Of a DNA stretch of 64,000 nucleotides, positions 11,326 through 23,281 are shown one piece after another. Source of the stretch: Asterias rubens (Eukaryota). The position numbers and the translations under genes are program-made. The stretch covers positions 12,648,001-12,712,000 of the forward strand of contig NC_047078.1 of assembly GCF_902459465.1 (NCBI RefSeq). Reading direction: 5' to 3'. Numbering within the stretch: the first letter of the stretch is position 1; each line of letters starts with the position of its first letter. The notes below the pieces were generated by a model, which saw only the letters and a list, made by a program, of their open reading frames with translations, had not been told where the DNA came from and searched no databases.

Positions 11326-14300
11326 ATGGAATTCGACCATGTCCTGAAAACAGTTGGGGAGTTTGGCCGATTGCAGAAATCCAATTTTCTCTTCTTGTCT
11401 TCACTGAACACCGTGATGGCAACCCACATGCTCGCCATTGCTTTTGTCGGAAAAGAGCCTGCATATATCTCATGTAAAGACAACCCTATTGCCAAGGACC
11501 ATCCATGCAGTCCAGATGCCAGACCATGTAATGAGTATGCTTACTCTCATGAGTTCACATCTATTGTAACAGAGGTGAGGGGTCATGGGGTCAAACAGGG
11601 GATGGGACCTTGATGTTATACAGTGTAGTTGAACCCTTGCAGGAAATGCTATTTTGAGATATGGTGGGCATACCATAAAGGCCCGGTCACACAGGCCCCG
11701 ATAACGAGATAATCAAAATGCACGCCCCAGATTGGTTAAATGAGCGTGGGCGTTTTCTGCGTGGTGCACTTCAACGAATAGAATGCATTCTCTTTGCGTT
11801 GTTATTGTTGTCGTTTTTGTTTTTCGCGGCAGTATGACTGTAGCAAGAACATCGAGTGTGTGAGCATTGTGTGTTGATGTAATGTATTCATTATACATAC
11901 AAAGGCTTACAGAATCATAAAATCTCACTACAAAATGTACAACAACTTGAGCTACTGCTGTAAGGATATCTGCATGAGGCAATGTTTACAGGTGTATGGA
12001 CCACTAATTGGCTTGATGATCAAATCGACAGAGATGCATACGTGCAGTTATCAATGCTAAGCAGTTGCTATGTGTGGGTATCGTACTAGGTAAAAAGCCA
12101 TTTGCGTGATTGAATGGTACAACGACGTGCTTGATCACAAGTTACCACTTAATTTTGAATTCCTCAGACTAGAGACAGTTGCTAGATACGTAAGAGACGG
12201 TAAACACCCATGCACAATTCTGAAGGATGGCACAATGGCACCATGCTCTGCTCATCTGGAGGTTGCTATACAAAAGCTTGCTCAGAACAATTTGACATAG
12301 CAACTGTCAAGTCTGAAGAATTCAAATGTAAGCGGTACATTGTGACTAAGCAAGTGTCTGTACCAGATATTCAAATCTAACTTGCAAAGGGCTTATTGCT
12401 ATGTTTGCTTTGCTGCTATAGATGGATTGCATTACATGTCATCGACCGCCATCTTTGATGTATTACCAAGGGACAAGTGTACGCATGTACGCCCTGCACA
12501 TGTGCTTTTCCCTTGTTAATACATCAAAGATGGCGGTCGATGATGCGTAGTGCAAACCATATTGTCGGATTGGTTTTACTAAGAAAATCTTTTAACCTTA
12601 GCCAATCACATTATTATAAATCTGGTGGCTTTCAGTCATTCACTTTTTGCTTTTCCATTGGAACAGTGGGATCTGGTTTGCAGCAACAAGTACAAAGTTG
12701 GACTTGTCCAGTCTGTCTTTATGTTTGGTGTCCTCATTGGAGTGATGATATTTGGTATGATGGCCGACACATACGGGCGCAGAAAAATGTCTCTGGTCGG
12801 ACTGATTTTGATGTCTATGTTTGGCATGCTGAGTGCTTTAACCCAAACTTACATGCAGTTTACAATTGCCAGGTGAGTGTTAATCTTTATTCATAAATAC
12901 CTCAGACAGTTTCGCTGTTCCTATTGGTGGAGAGTGCATCACCCAGGGTGTTTAAACGGTTGATAATGACTAGCTGGAGCTGTTTATAACCTGTTGTTTT
13001 CGGTTATGTTTGTGCAGGTTAACCCACAACCTCGTTCCCATGTGTCATCAATCTTAACGCGCACGCCATTAGCCCATGAATACAAGGATGCATTAGTACG
13101 CGCACGAATGCATAAAAATGAATCACACGTACACAGCTGAAGTACGTTGGAAAACAGATCAGTTTTAACAGAGTTTCCTTTAGTACGCCTTTTAACCATA
13201 ATGGCATTTATGAATTAGAACAAAAGAGGAGTGACTCGTTCTTTAACACCTGTTTAAAACCTCAGTACTACCCTTTTATTCCGTAGTCAAGAAGCTTGCT
13301 TGAAAAATGACTTTAAGATGCCTGCTATTACCAATTAGTATGATAAAGTTTTATAAAACTGTATTTTCTTTTGCTTTGTTTCAGGTTTCTGTTTGGCCTT
13401 GCTACAGGGGGAGTCATTCTGACTACATTTGTGCTTGCCACAGAGAACCTTGGAAATACACACAGAGGGCCAGCAGGTACCTTTATGCAGGGTCTCTTCT
13501 GTATTGGAATAATGGTGAGCATGTAACTAACCAAGAACCAACAATAGACTTTATCATTCTGCCTCCTTCTTGGTCATGTTCCTCATATCGAATCACAATA
13601 ATGCATGCTAATAATCGTCTTGCAATTCGGAACCAGACTAATTTGTTCTTACAGCCTTGGTTTGGTACATAGAGTTATATATAAGAACTAGAGGGCGCAC
13701 TGTTGATGTTTCTTGCTCAAACGCGATGGGACCGCAAGGAGACACTCGCGCGCCATTCTGTACTCACATTGGATCTGAAGTACATGTTGGAGTTTCTGTT
13801 TTAATGCTACAAGATGCTGTTTTTTTTAACTTACAAGATGGCAGCACAAACACACGCTGTGCGGTGGTGTTTTGTCAACTTAGAAAATGGCCGCCTGCGC
13901 GCATAACGGCCAGTGTGCCCTCTAGTTCTTATATAACTCTATGGTTTGGTAACATTGATATCAATGGGAGAAATTCAAGATGGCTGCACCGTGATAGAGG
14001 TCTAATATGGCTTTGAAAAATGTTTACCAAATGGGTACATTGTGAAATGCTAAGTGCTAATCTTTTAGACTGTAAGCATAACAACTATGGACTTGCGTAT
14101 TTTTGGTTGTATTTTTTTTTGTGGGGTAACATTTTCATAATTTGGATGAGATGTATTCCGATTGCACGTTTATTTTGAGTTGTACTGCATACTTGTAAAT
14201 TGGTTTTGTGTTTCCCCGTACAGCTCTTTGCTGTGGTTGCTTACTTTGTCCGAAGTTGGCGAGTTCTTCTGTTTGTCACAACAGCTCCTTTAACTTGCTA

Positions 14301-17300
14301 CCTCTCTATCAACTGGTATGTATTGAAAGTGATAACCCTTATAAGTCTCTCATCTACATCTTCAAATGTAGATGAGAGAGTGCATCACACATGCACTCAC
14401 TGGTAACAATGACAGACTAAAACACTTTGAAGCGCGGACCCAAAACACATAAGAGCCTTACAACATCTCAAGAATTCAACCAAAGCGGCCTACAATCGAG
14501 AGATAAACTTGCCAAAACATTGCACACATTGTGCAAATCTGTTCATCAATTAAAACCCATTTGATCTTGTGTGGAATTAAGTACTCTCTAAACTTTGGTA
14601 TATTTAATAGTAGGGTTATTTCATTTTATAATATTGAAGTCTTATATAGCGCACGTATCTATCAAACAAGGTATTCAAGGCGCTGAGTATATATACAAAC
14701 TTTCAGAAAGATAGGTTATTGCAGTGATGAATTCTGAGACCCAATTATTTAGCACCTTGTAAGGGTTTACAAGGTGCTACGGCGCATACAGCAGCCACAG
14801 CCAGGAACACCGGGGCGAACCCCTTCTCTTTATTAGAAAATACAATTTTATAAAACTTTATCATACTAATTGGTAATAAGTGCACTGTGTTCTTTTACAT
14901 GCGTTATGCAACACCCAGGACCAATGGCTTAACGTCCCATCCGAAGGACGAGGCAGTGGTTAAGTGTTTTGCTTTAAAAGGACACAAGTGTCACGGCACG
15001 CAAAACAAAGATGGCATTTACTTTTGTGCCAGTAACTCCTTCAACAAGAGAAATCATTCACATTTGAATGTTCACAAATTAATCTTGGGGATTGTTTGGA
15101 AAATGACTCATGTACTACCACAGTGTTCCTGTAGCATGCACTGGCCCCCTGCGGGTGGTTGCCTCCAAGTTGCATGTAAAAGTTGCATCTTGCGACAAGG
15201 CCCTTAGACTGCCACACACTATTTGTATAACGGCAAGAAAATCACCAAAGGAATGGTACAAAGTCATATCAACTCACTTTAGTTATGTGCATTATGTACA
15301 ATGTAGTCCCATACTTTTATGAGCTAGGTCTGATAGGGCACATCTTTTTTGATGCTGGCCTGGCTCGTTTTATTATTTTGTCCGAAGAATTAAAATAAAT
15401 ATATAAAATATTGATAAATGTTTCTAACAATGTCCTCCAGGCTTGTACCAGAGTCCCCACGATGGTTAGCTTCCCAAGGAAGAATATCTGAAGCGGAGGA
15501 TATACTGTATTACATCGGGCACTACAACGGCAAGAAAATCACCAAAGCAATGGTACAAAATCAAATCGACACACTTTAGTTATGTGCATTATATACAATG
15601 TAGTCCCACACATTGAATGTGTGACTTCATAAGAAGGGCAGATACATACTGATACTGCTGCATTAAAGACACTGGACACTATTGGTAATTGTCAAAGACC
15701 AGTCTTCTCACTTGGTGTATCTCAACGTATGCATAATATAACAAACATGTGAAAAATTGAACTTGATTGGTCGCCAAAGTTGCGAGATAATAATGAAAGA
15801 AAGAACGCCCTTGTCACACGAAGTTGTGTGCTTTCAGATGCTTGATTTTGAGAGCTCAAGTTCTAATTCTGAGGTCTCAATATCAAATTCGTGGAAAATT
15901 ACTTCTTTCTCGAAAACTATGTCACTTCAGAGGGAGCGGTTTCTTACAATGTTTTATACTATCAACCTCTCCCTATTACTCATTACCAAGTAAGGTTTCA
16001 TGCTAATAATTATTTTGAGTAATTACCAATAGTGTCCACCGCCTTTAAGGTGATAGGTTTGTGCCGTACTTCCTTGCAACTAAAAGATTCAGAAAGTTAG
16101 TTATTCACTTTTCTTTTAAAGAAAATACAAAAAAATGCTGCATGGTTCCTCAGTGATTTGTATTCATAATTTAGTAAATAAAAATAGTGAATCGGTTATA
16201 TGATAATGATTATGTTGTACAACAATGCACTCATAAGCCTACAATACTTTTCTATTTTAATAAGCCCATTATATCAAAGAGCCTTATACTTGTATCGCCC
16301 ATGTTCAGTTTGCCTTTCTCAATCTACAGGGTGTCTAAAAAAAACCTACACATCTTTGAAATGGCTGCCGAATAAAAAGTATATGATTCTGGGGGAAAAG
16401 TGAAGATGTATGGATAGCTTTTAGACTCAACTTTTTATATGACACCAACAAGTATATGCTTTGGTGAGCACTGCTCACTTTTGTAAAGGGTATGACAATT
16501 AGGTTGCGCAGGAATTAGCCTTCCAAGTTGTGAGAGGTAAGTCCTTTGAAGCTTACAAAAAACACTCCAAGATGTCGGCTACTTATTCTTCAATGAGCAG
16601 TGCTCACCCAAGCATGAATTATTCACAAATTTGTGTGTGTCTCATAAAAGTTGAGTCCATAAGCTATCCATACATCTAAACCTTCCACCCTGGAAATATA
16701 TTTTTGATTGGACAGCCATTTGAAATGTTATTTTAAAAGACGAACTGTATGTAGCATGAGCTGTATGCACAAGTTGCTATAGACTGATGAAAGCAAAGGA
16801 AAATCATTTGACATCTCACAAATCCTGTCATTGAAATTTTTATTTTGTCTCAGGTCCAGCTTAGGGCATCACCGAGTGTCACTACAAGCAACAAGCAACA
16901 TGGTTTGATTGACTGTTTCAGAACTCCACGTTTACGCTGGCGTATGTTAGTCATGATCTTTAATTGGTAAGACACTAGCCCAGCCTACAATCAGGGGTTT
17001 AGTATAACACTAGCCCAGCCTACTGTCGATGAGTCCAATCCTTTACTCTGTCTTTCATAAGCGCACAAATGTGCTAAGCACTGAAAGATCTTGCATTACA
17101 GAAACTGGTTACTGGGCAAACTACCAAATATGTACATTGTCCACAACAGGTTCTTTGCAATTATCATAATAATAATAATAATAATTTAATACATTTTGTG
17201 TGCCCCATTCTCAATCCGAGGAGATTTCGAAGGCGCAATTTACACCATTAATTTACAACAGTACTATTTGTTCAGCGATAATATTTTTCTAAGTGGCTTT

Positions 17301-20300
17301 TCAAATTGGGTTATGTACTTGTGTATGTAATCGGGGGACCATCTTGTTATGCAACTGAATGTGAACATTTGATGACATCATGATGAGATCTGCAGAATTT
17401 TTTTAAATCTTGATTTGTTTATCTGTCTTGTTTTCAAATCCTGTAGGTTTACATGCAGTATGGTTTATTATGGGTTAACCATGAATGCCAGCAATCAAGG
17501 GAGTAATATGTATACCAGCTTTGCCTTATCTGGACTTGCAGAAATACCAGCATACTTAGTGTGTTTCTATCTACTTAACAGGTTAGAGGCTTACATATCT
17601 GGTAGACACAGACAGCTTTGTATTGCAGTCACTTTGTGGCCATTCCTTTGATCTGGGCCCAATGTCATGGCTCTGCTTACCGCGATTCCCCGCTTACCTG
17701 CAAGTGCCAAATTTCTTCGCTAGCGTAGAATGCCTAGTATAACGTGGAGTACACACACGCAGAAGCAAAAATTTGCAGCTAACCTGTGAAATACCCTTGC
17801 CGAAAGCACATTTTGTGCTAACGGTAAGCAGAGCCATGATCTTGGGCCCTGTACACTTAAGAAAATCCTATATTTCAACACTGTTAATAACACTGTGTGG
17901 ACGCGTGTAAGTCCACATAGTGTTTCATATGTGGACTTTTTTCGTTCTCAGGTTCACACTTTGTATGTAGCGTTTAAACATGTACATGTTTCACTATAAT
18001 AAGGGAATCAATGTGTGGTGAAGAGGTTTTCAACTAGTGGTTTAATCCCAAAGAGGCCTGGTTCTTGATAATTTTACTGAGATTCCCATTCATAAATACC
18101 TTTTCGGTCAAAAAACATCAACACTTTTGGTCAAAAAGTAAAATAAATGCAAAAATTATAATTGTTCAATAATTTCTTTCAACACAACACCCCTCCAGCT
18201 ATGAAATGGTAAGGCCCTCTGCCGCCCTCGGGTAAACAACTCCTTCTCGGGAATGCTCTGCGCGTCGCGCGTATCGCGTGATGTGGCACAACTGTTTCAG
18301 CCGTTGCTCTCGACCAATGGGAATGAAGAAACTGTCTTAAGCACAGGTGGTGCATGCTCGCGTGTCCCGCCCATGTTCCAACACTTTTTACTGGTTATAA
18401 ACAAAGGTTTATACACACCCACGTGACGCCTTCTCCACCAATAGGAGTAGAGAAACTGTCTGGGGTATTTATGAATGTACATTTACAACTCACAGGTTGT
18501 ATGGCTTCCAAATTCCATGAAGTGATGAAGCTGAATGTAACCATTTGTTTGTTCTTTTAATCAAAAGGCTGGGGAGGCGAAAACTTCTGGTTTGGTCCAT
18601 TCTAACTGCAGGAATCACATGCTTAGCTCTAGTCACTGTTCCAATACGTGAGTAGCATACAGCAAGGGGACATTTACTAACGTTTTCAAATTAATTTGAA
18701 GGAGAAAATAGAATTAGCTGTTGAAAACTGCTTACCAACCAAAAGGACCTATGGTATAAATGCAAAAACGTCAGGTCATTAATTTGTTTTGCAGTAGTTT
18801 TAAGGACTGACACAATATGAGCATGAGCATTAAATAAGCCCAAAGTGGTGGCGTCACCTAGAAACAACACAATTTTTTGACTTTGACGTTCACGTGTTTG
18901 CTCGGGTAACGTGCAGCTAAACCTCCCTTATGTATCGAGCGTGGTCGGTGAGGAAGAGACAAGTTTGAAGTCTGTAATGGAGACTTCTAGGAACTCTAGG
19001 TGGCAGCAGACTTACCAGTTAAATCCATTGTTCTTGGAAATGTGAGCATGCTCAGAACGACGGAAACAATAGAAATGTATATGAAAAGGTTTGCGGTAAC
19101 ACCATGTAATGACTATCTCTAATGAGTTAGGATGGTTCTGAAAAGAACAGTTGGTTTCAACTCGACGTTTCGATCAGTATGCTCTGATCGTCTTCTGGAG
19201 AAAGCGATCAGAGCATACCGATCGAAACGTTGAGTTGAAACCAACGGTTCTTTTCAGAACCACCTCAACTCATTAGAGATAGTCATTACATGGTGTTGCC
19301 GCATACCTTTCCATATAGTATTTCCACCAAGCAAAGTTTCAAATCCTACTTAATAGAAATGTACTTGGTAAGTCTGCTGCCACCTAAAGTTCAAAAGTCT
19401 CCTACTAGCAGTGGTGTATGGTTCAACCAAAATATTAATGTTTATCAAACATGCAAATTATAATATCTATGGAATTGTTATTTATTACTCAGATGTGGAG
19501 ACAGAAACTCTACGTACCAGTCTTGCATTCCTTGGTAAGATGGGAGTCGCAGCAGCCTTTAATATTATTTATATCTACACATCAGAACTTCTACCAACAG
19601 TGCTCAGGTATGCAATCAATTTGATACAACTTGTTGTGTAACACCCGGTTCGGAAATAGATTAGGAGCGACTCTAGGTCGACCTAAATACATTTCGGTTT
19701 TAGACAGGCGAACTTTACAAAACATTTACATTAGCTCGGCTCATGACAAGATCGACATCTGAAACTAAGGCGCTCCAGAGTTGTTCCGAACAACTGCAAC
19801 AGTCGATATTTCGACTTCTAACGCGTCCAGTCACTCGTAACTGTGTCAGACATTGAACTTTTTATGCACTTAATTCAATATTTCGGTTCGCCGCGACTCT
19901 GGAACGCCTGTCTGAAATTGGTATAAGCTTGTGCAAGCTTGGGCAGTTAACCACAACCACCAGGTAATGATGTTCTTAATACTTGTCCAACTCATTAGAA
20001 ACCAGGGCTACGAAGAGCAACTTGTGTTCACAGGGCAACTTGTATTTTCCCCGTCCCATCAGAAAATGAGGAGACAGAGCAGTTTTTAGTTGCAGGCCCT
20101 AGGATGTGGAATTCCATTCCACACTCTATCAAAAGTTTTAGCTCCGTTACCTTGTTCAAAGGTCACTGAAAACATTTACTTTTTTTAATCAGAAACTCTT
20201 GCCTGGCTTGGCCTGCACGTTCTCGTCATAGAGAGACCGGCTTTTGCTGGACTTTCTTGGCCTCGATGCTGCAGGCTTTGCCTGGTTGTGGTTTCCCTCT

Positions 20301-22066
20301 TGGTTTCTGATTTCATTTCTATTGTTGTTTGTTTCTTGTCATTCTTTGAGTGCTTTGCAGCCTTAGGAAAAGCTGCTGCAATCAGTTTGATACAATTTGT
20401 TGTGTTAGCTTAATGCATACTTGGACAGAGTACCATTATAACAAAAGTAATGCTGTTTTTATTGCTAGAGTGGTGCAACAATGCAATGTGATGACCGTGT
20501 CTGGCACCAAGTCTTGTTTATTTATGAAATATGTTTTTGCTCTTATAAGGAAAAACATTTTTTTTGCCATTCATCATCTTGAAATATATGTTTTTATCTT
20601 GTTTTCAGGAATAGCGGTATGGGCATCTGTTCTATGGCAGCTCGAATGGGGGGAGTAGTAGCACCCTCTATTGTACCACTGGTAAGAAAATTAAGGTTTG
20701 CCAAATAAACTCATGCAATAAATTGTTGAATGTTTCAGCTTTACAAATGAATACACTATTATTGGTTGTGCAAATTGTAGTTTCAAAGTCAGTATATTCT
20801 TTATCCACATTGCAAATTTAACATCTATTAAATCGTTGCAGTACCCACTGTTAAAACATAGGATTCTAACTGCCTCTAGCCAGCAGGCAATCTCGGTGGT
20901 CTAGTTGGTATGACACTGCTCTTGAATTGCAAAGGTCGTGGGCTCGAATCTCACCCGAGTAAGATGACTGCGATTTGTTTTCACAAAACTTGGGAAAGTA
21001 CTGAGTATACAGTGCTAACACACATCGGTGTATGGGTAAACCAAAATGAATATTCTTTATCCCGATGCAAATTTAACATCTATTAACAAAAAAAGTTGAC
21101 AGTGTTGACCTCAAGCAACTACATCATGTGTGCATAATCACCTAATTGTTATAGCGCTGGAAATCGACCAACGCCGGGAATGATCGAGCCATGTAACATG
21201 CGTTTTTGTTGCGCATCACATGATTGGTTCTCGACCAATCAAACTTCACAGTTTGTTACCGGGGTATAACAAAATTATTTATTCGTATTATGTACTTTAG
21301 GATTCATTCAAAGCATGTTGTTGATGCACCATTGCCTTTTGAAACAGGCTTCCTCCCCTGCTCGAGTGTCTGCACAAAACATGTTCTTTACTATCAATTC
21401 AATCACTACATTTCCTTAAAGACACTGGACACTATTGGTAGTTGTCAAAGAACAGTCTTCTCACTTGGTGTATCTCAACATAAGCATAATATAACAAACC
21501 TGTGAAATATTGACCTCAATTGGTCGTCGAAGTTGCGAGATAATAATGGAAGAAAAAACACCCTTGTCACACAAAGTTGTCTGCTTTCAGATGCTTGATT
21601 TCGAGACCTCAAAAACTAATTATGAGGTCTCAAATTCAAATTCGTGGAAAAATAACTTCTTTCTAAAAAGTTTTGTTACTTCAGAGGGAGCCGTTTCTCA
21701 CAATGTTTTATACTATCAACCTCTCCCCATTACTCGTTACCAACTAAGGTTTTATGCTTTTTATTATGTTGATTAATTACCAATAGTGTCCGCTGCCTTA
21801 ACAGAGTTAAAATTTGGTGTATTATTATTTTACTTCAGGGTGATACAACTGCTTATCTGATCTTTGGTGGTACAGCATTTATCAGTGGAGTCTTAGATCT
21901 ATGGATGCCAGAGACTCTGGACAAGCCACTCCCTGAGTCAATCCGAGATGTTGAGGATGGAGACTTAAGATGGGCAGAGGATGACATTGTGGTTGTTGAG
22001 AACCCTAAGACTGTCCAAATTATGGAGGAGAAGATTGAGCTCTATAAGAAAGATGAAATGGACTAG
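11326..22066 (+). CDS. SLC22-family organic cation/anion transporter (MFS; SLC22A15/Orct-like), 510 aa, 11 coding exons
   Basis: Exons 11326-11574, 12667-12872, 13385-13514, 14224-14315, 15441-15552, 16854-16966, 17447-17581, 18568-18647, 19493-19607, 20609-20681, 21839-22066 all have AG/GT boundaries and compatible phases (1533 nt). Hallmark motifs: [45 protein letters not shown]. Confidence 0.93.
12889..13280. repeat. Interspersed repeat (ATTCATAAATACC / CCAATAGGAGTAGAGAAACTGTC family)
   Basis: Reverse-orientation relative of 18000-18476 and 57245-57720; shared blocks CTCCACCAATAGGAGTAGAGAAACTGTCTG and GAGTAGTGACTCGTTCTT. Confidence 0.6.
14628..15000 (-). mobile_element. SINE with Deu/Nin-like central domain and L2-like 3' tail
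   Basis: Minus strand reads GGACGTTAAGCC...TGTAAAAGAACAC...GAAGGGGTTCGCCCCGGTGTTCCTGGC, then ...GCGCCTTGAATACC...GTGCGCTATATAAGAC. A second copy lies at about 49836-50095. Domain name assigned from recalled consensus. Confidence 0.65.
15663..16048 (+). mobile_element. Kolobok-like MITE (TTAA TSD, AG...CT termini)
   Basis: TTAA|AGACACTGGACACTATTGGTAATT ... AATTACCAATAGTGTCCACCGCCT|TTAA; five copies in the window. Confidence 0.8.
17653..17851. mobile_element. MITE (GGGCCCAATTTCATGGCTCTGCTTACCG TIR family)
   Basis: TIRs of about 30 bp; related copies at about 34923-35121, 50900-51204, 54858-55104, 59753-60024 and 61139-61389. Confidence 0.75.
18000..18476. repeat. Interspersed repeat (ATTCATAAATACC family)
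   Basis: Shares the 3' block ...CCAATAGGAGTAGAGAAACTGTCTGGG(G/T)TATTTATG with 57660-57720. Confidence 0.6.
19080..19351. mobile_element. Penelope-like (PLE) terminal-repeat mini-element: two head-to-head inverted copies, 12-bp TSD
   Basis: Inverted arms of about 103 bp (19088-19190 / 19205-19307) homologous to the PLE 3' end at 58404-58559; TSD AATAGAAATGTA at 19068-19079 and 19352-19363. Confidence 0.8.
19161..19200 (-). ncRNA. Minimal type I hammerhead ribozyme motif (PLE-type, variant core)
   Basis: CTC-CAGAAGA-C-GATCAG-AGCATA-CTGATC-GAAAC-GTC-GAG: helix I CTC/GAG, 6-bp helix II, palindromic ACGU helix III, GUC cleavage triplet. Core has A at the normally conserved U4. Confidence 0.7.
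19640..19925. repeat. MITE-like interspersed repeat (AGGAGCGACTCTAGGTCGACC family)
   Basis: Collinear homologue at about 48674-48975. Confidence 0.65.
20040..20190 (+). mobile_element. Decayed L2/CR1 LINE 3' fragment
   Basis: Translates with breaks to ...[25 protein letters not shown]..., the conserved C-terminus of L2-clade ORF2. Confidence 0.6.
20794..21086 (+). mobile_element. tRNA-centred ~260-bp retroelement with terminal redundancy
   Basis: A-box TGGTCTAGTTGG and B-box-like GGCTCGAATCT; ATATTCTTTATCC...GCAAATTTAACATCTATTAA repeated at 20794 and 21050. Confidence 0.7.
21416..21801 (+). mobile_element. Kolobok-like MITE
   Basis: Same TTAA-flanked family as 15663-16048; ends 37 bp before the last SLC22 exon. 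Confidence 0.8.
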
Positions 22067-22251
22067 GGAGAAAGATCAAATAGCTGTTAAGCCTCTTCAT
22101 TGTAACTTTATTATGTTAGGAAACCCAAGTGTCGCTGTTGCTTGGATCCAAAGCTCTGGAATTGGGCGTCAAAATGTCCTGTGCACATCTTTAGCTTTGA
22201 GAATGTGCGTGGGTGTGAGTAGTCAATAGGTATACACATTCAACTACAGAG

Positions 22252-22815
22252 TCCACGGTTCGGGAAAAGTCAACAGTTGGAAAACATGTACAAAACCTAT
22301 GGGAAAAAAGGTTAAAAGAGTATAACACAAATGGACAATCAAGTCCACGGTTCAGGAAAGGTCAACAGTTGGAAAACGTGTACAAAACCAATGGGAGCTA
22401 ATTCAAAAAAGTTATATAAACAAAAGAGGGACAATATGAGGTCAACGGTTCCAATCGTGTACAAAACCTATTGGAAAAAAAGTTTAAAAGAGTATATACA
22501 TGTAACAAAGAGGACGATAGAGTCCACGGTTCAGGAAAGGTCAACAGTTGGAAAACGTGTACAAAACCAATGGGAGCTAATTCAAAAAAGTTATATAAAC
22601 AAAAGAGGGACAATATGAGGTCAACGGTTCCAATCGTGTACAAAACCTATTGGAAAAAAAGTTTAAAAGAGTATATACATGTAACAAAGAGGACGATAGA
22701 GTCCACGGGTCGGGAAAGGTCAACTGTTGGAAAACGTGTACAAAACCAATGGGAGCTAATTGCAAAACAAAGTTAAAGAGTATAAACAACAGAGGGACAA
22801 TAGGAGGTCCACGGT
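22252..22815 (+). repeat. Higher-order tandem repeat (179-bp period made of 98+81-bp related subunits)
   Basis: GTCCACGG anchors at 22252, 22343, 22522, 22701 and 22807; GTCAACGG anchors at 22441 and 22620. Confidence 0.85.
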
Positions 22816-23281
22816 TGCAGGCGTAGGGGTGCATGTGTACAAAGTGACCTTTTGGGAGTTCCCGTGTAGGATCTTATACACTATGGAACAATGGACCGCA
22901 CAAGGGAATTCTTTGTTCAACCCGGACCCCACAAGGGAAGTCTTAAGAAAGGGAATAATAGACCAACAATAAAGGACCCCTTAAACTGGACCCATAAGGT
23001 TGTGTGCACACACACACGGCACATCATTATTTGAGCGTGTCTCATGCATTATGTTCCGTTATGTCTTCCATTTGGTTTGTGTGCACAACCAATTAAACTC
23101 ATACACCTTCCAATTTCATCAAGATAGTATATTTATTTACTCTTTGTTTATTTTATAATAGTCTTAAATGCTAATATTATTTTTTTCTATTGTTAACAAT
23201 CATGTGTAACATTCCCATTTAATTTGTTCATGGCTTTTTTTTCCATATGAATTTGACTATTATGCTAAATAGAGGATTATT

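Larger units (their letters stand above)
18979..19402. mobile_element. Palindromic MITE interrupted by a Penelope-like insertion
   Basis: Arms GGAGACTTCTAGGAACTCTAGGTGGCAGCAGACTTACCA / TGGTAAGTCTGCTGCCACCTAAAGTTCAAAAGTCTCC. Confidence 0.7.

Noticed and set aside
15757-16006. ORFs [12 protein letters not shown]... (also 21510-21776 and 35296-35571)
   Set aside because: Chance ORFs within copies of the Kolobok-like MITE.
16783-16810. Other CTGATGA occurrences as hammerhead cores (also 35499, 42577 and 54107)
   Set aside because: No helix II followed by GAAA, and no matching helices I and III.
20886-20960. Possible tRNA gene (also near 7650, 32380-32450 and 63200-63270)
   Set aside because: A/B boxes are present but there is no complete acceptor stem or cloverleaf; each is embedded in a dispersed repeat, so these are SINE-like.
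22252-22815. Possible CRISPR-like array
   Set aside because: The units are fully repeated with no unique spacers, and the context is eukaryotic.
22331-22834. Several ~80-100-aa ORFs on both strands
   Set aside because: By-products of the 179-bp tandem repeat.
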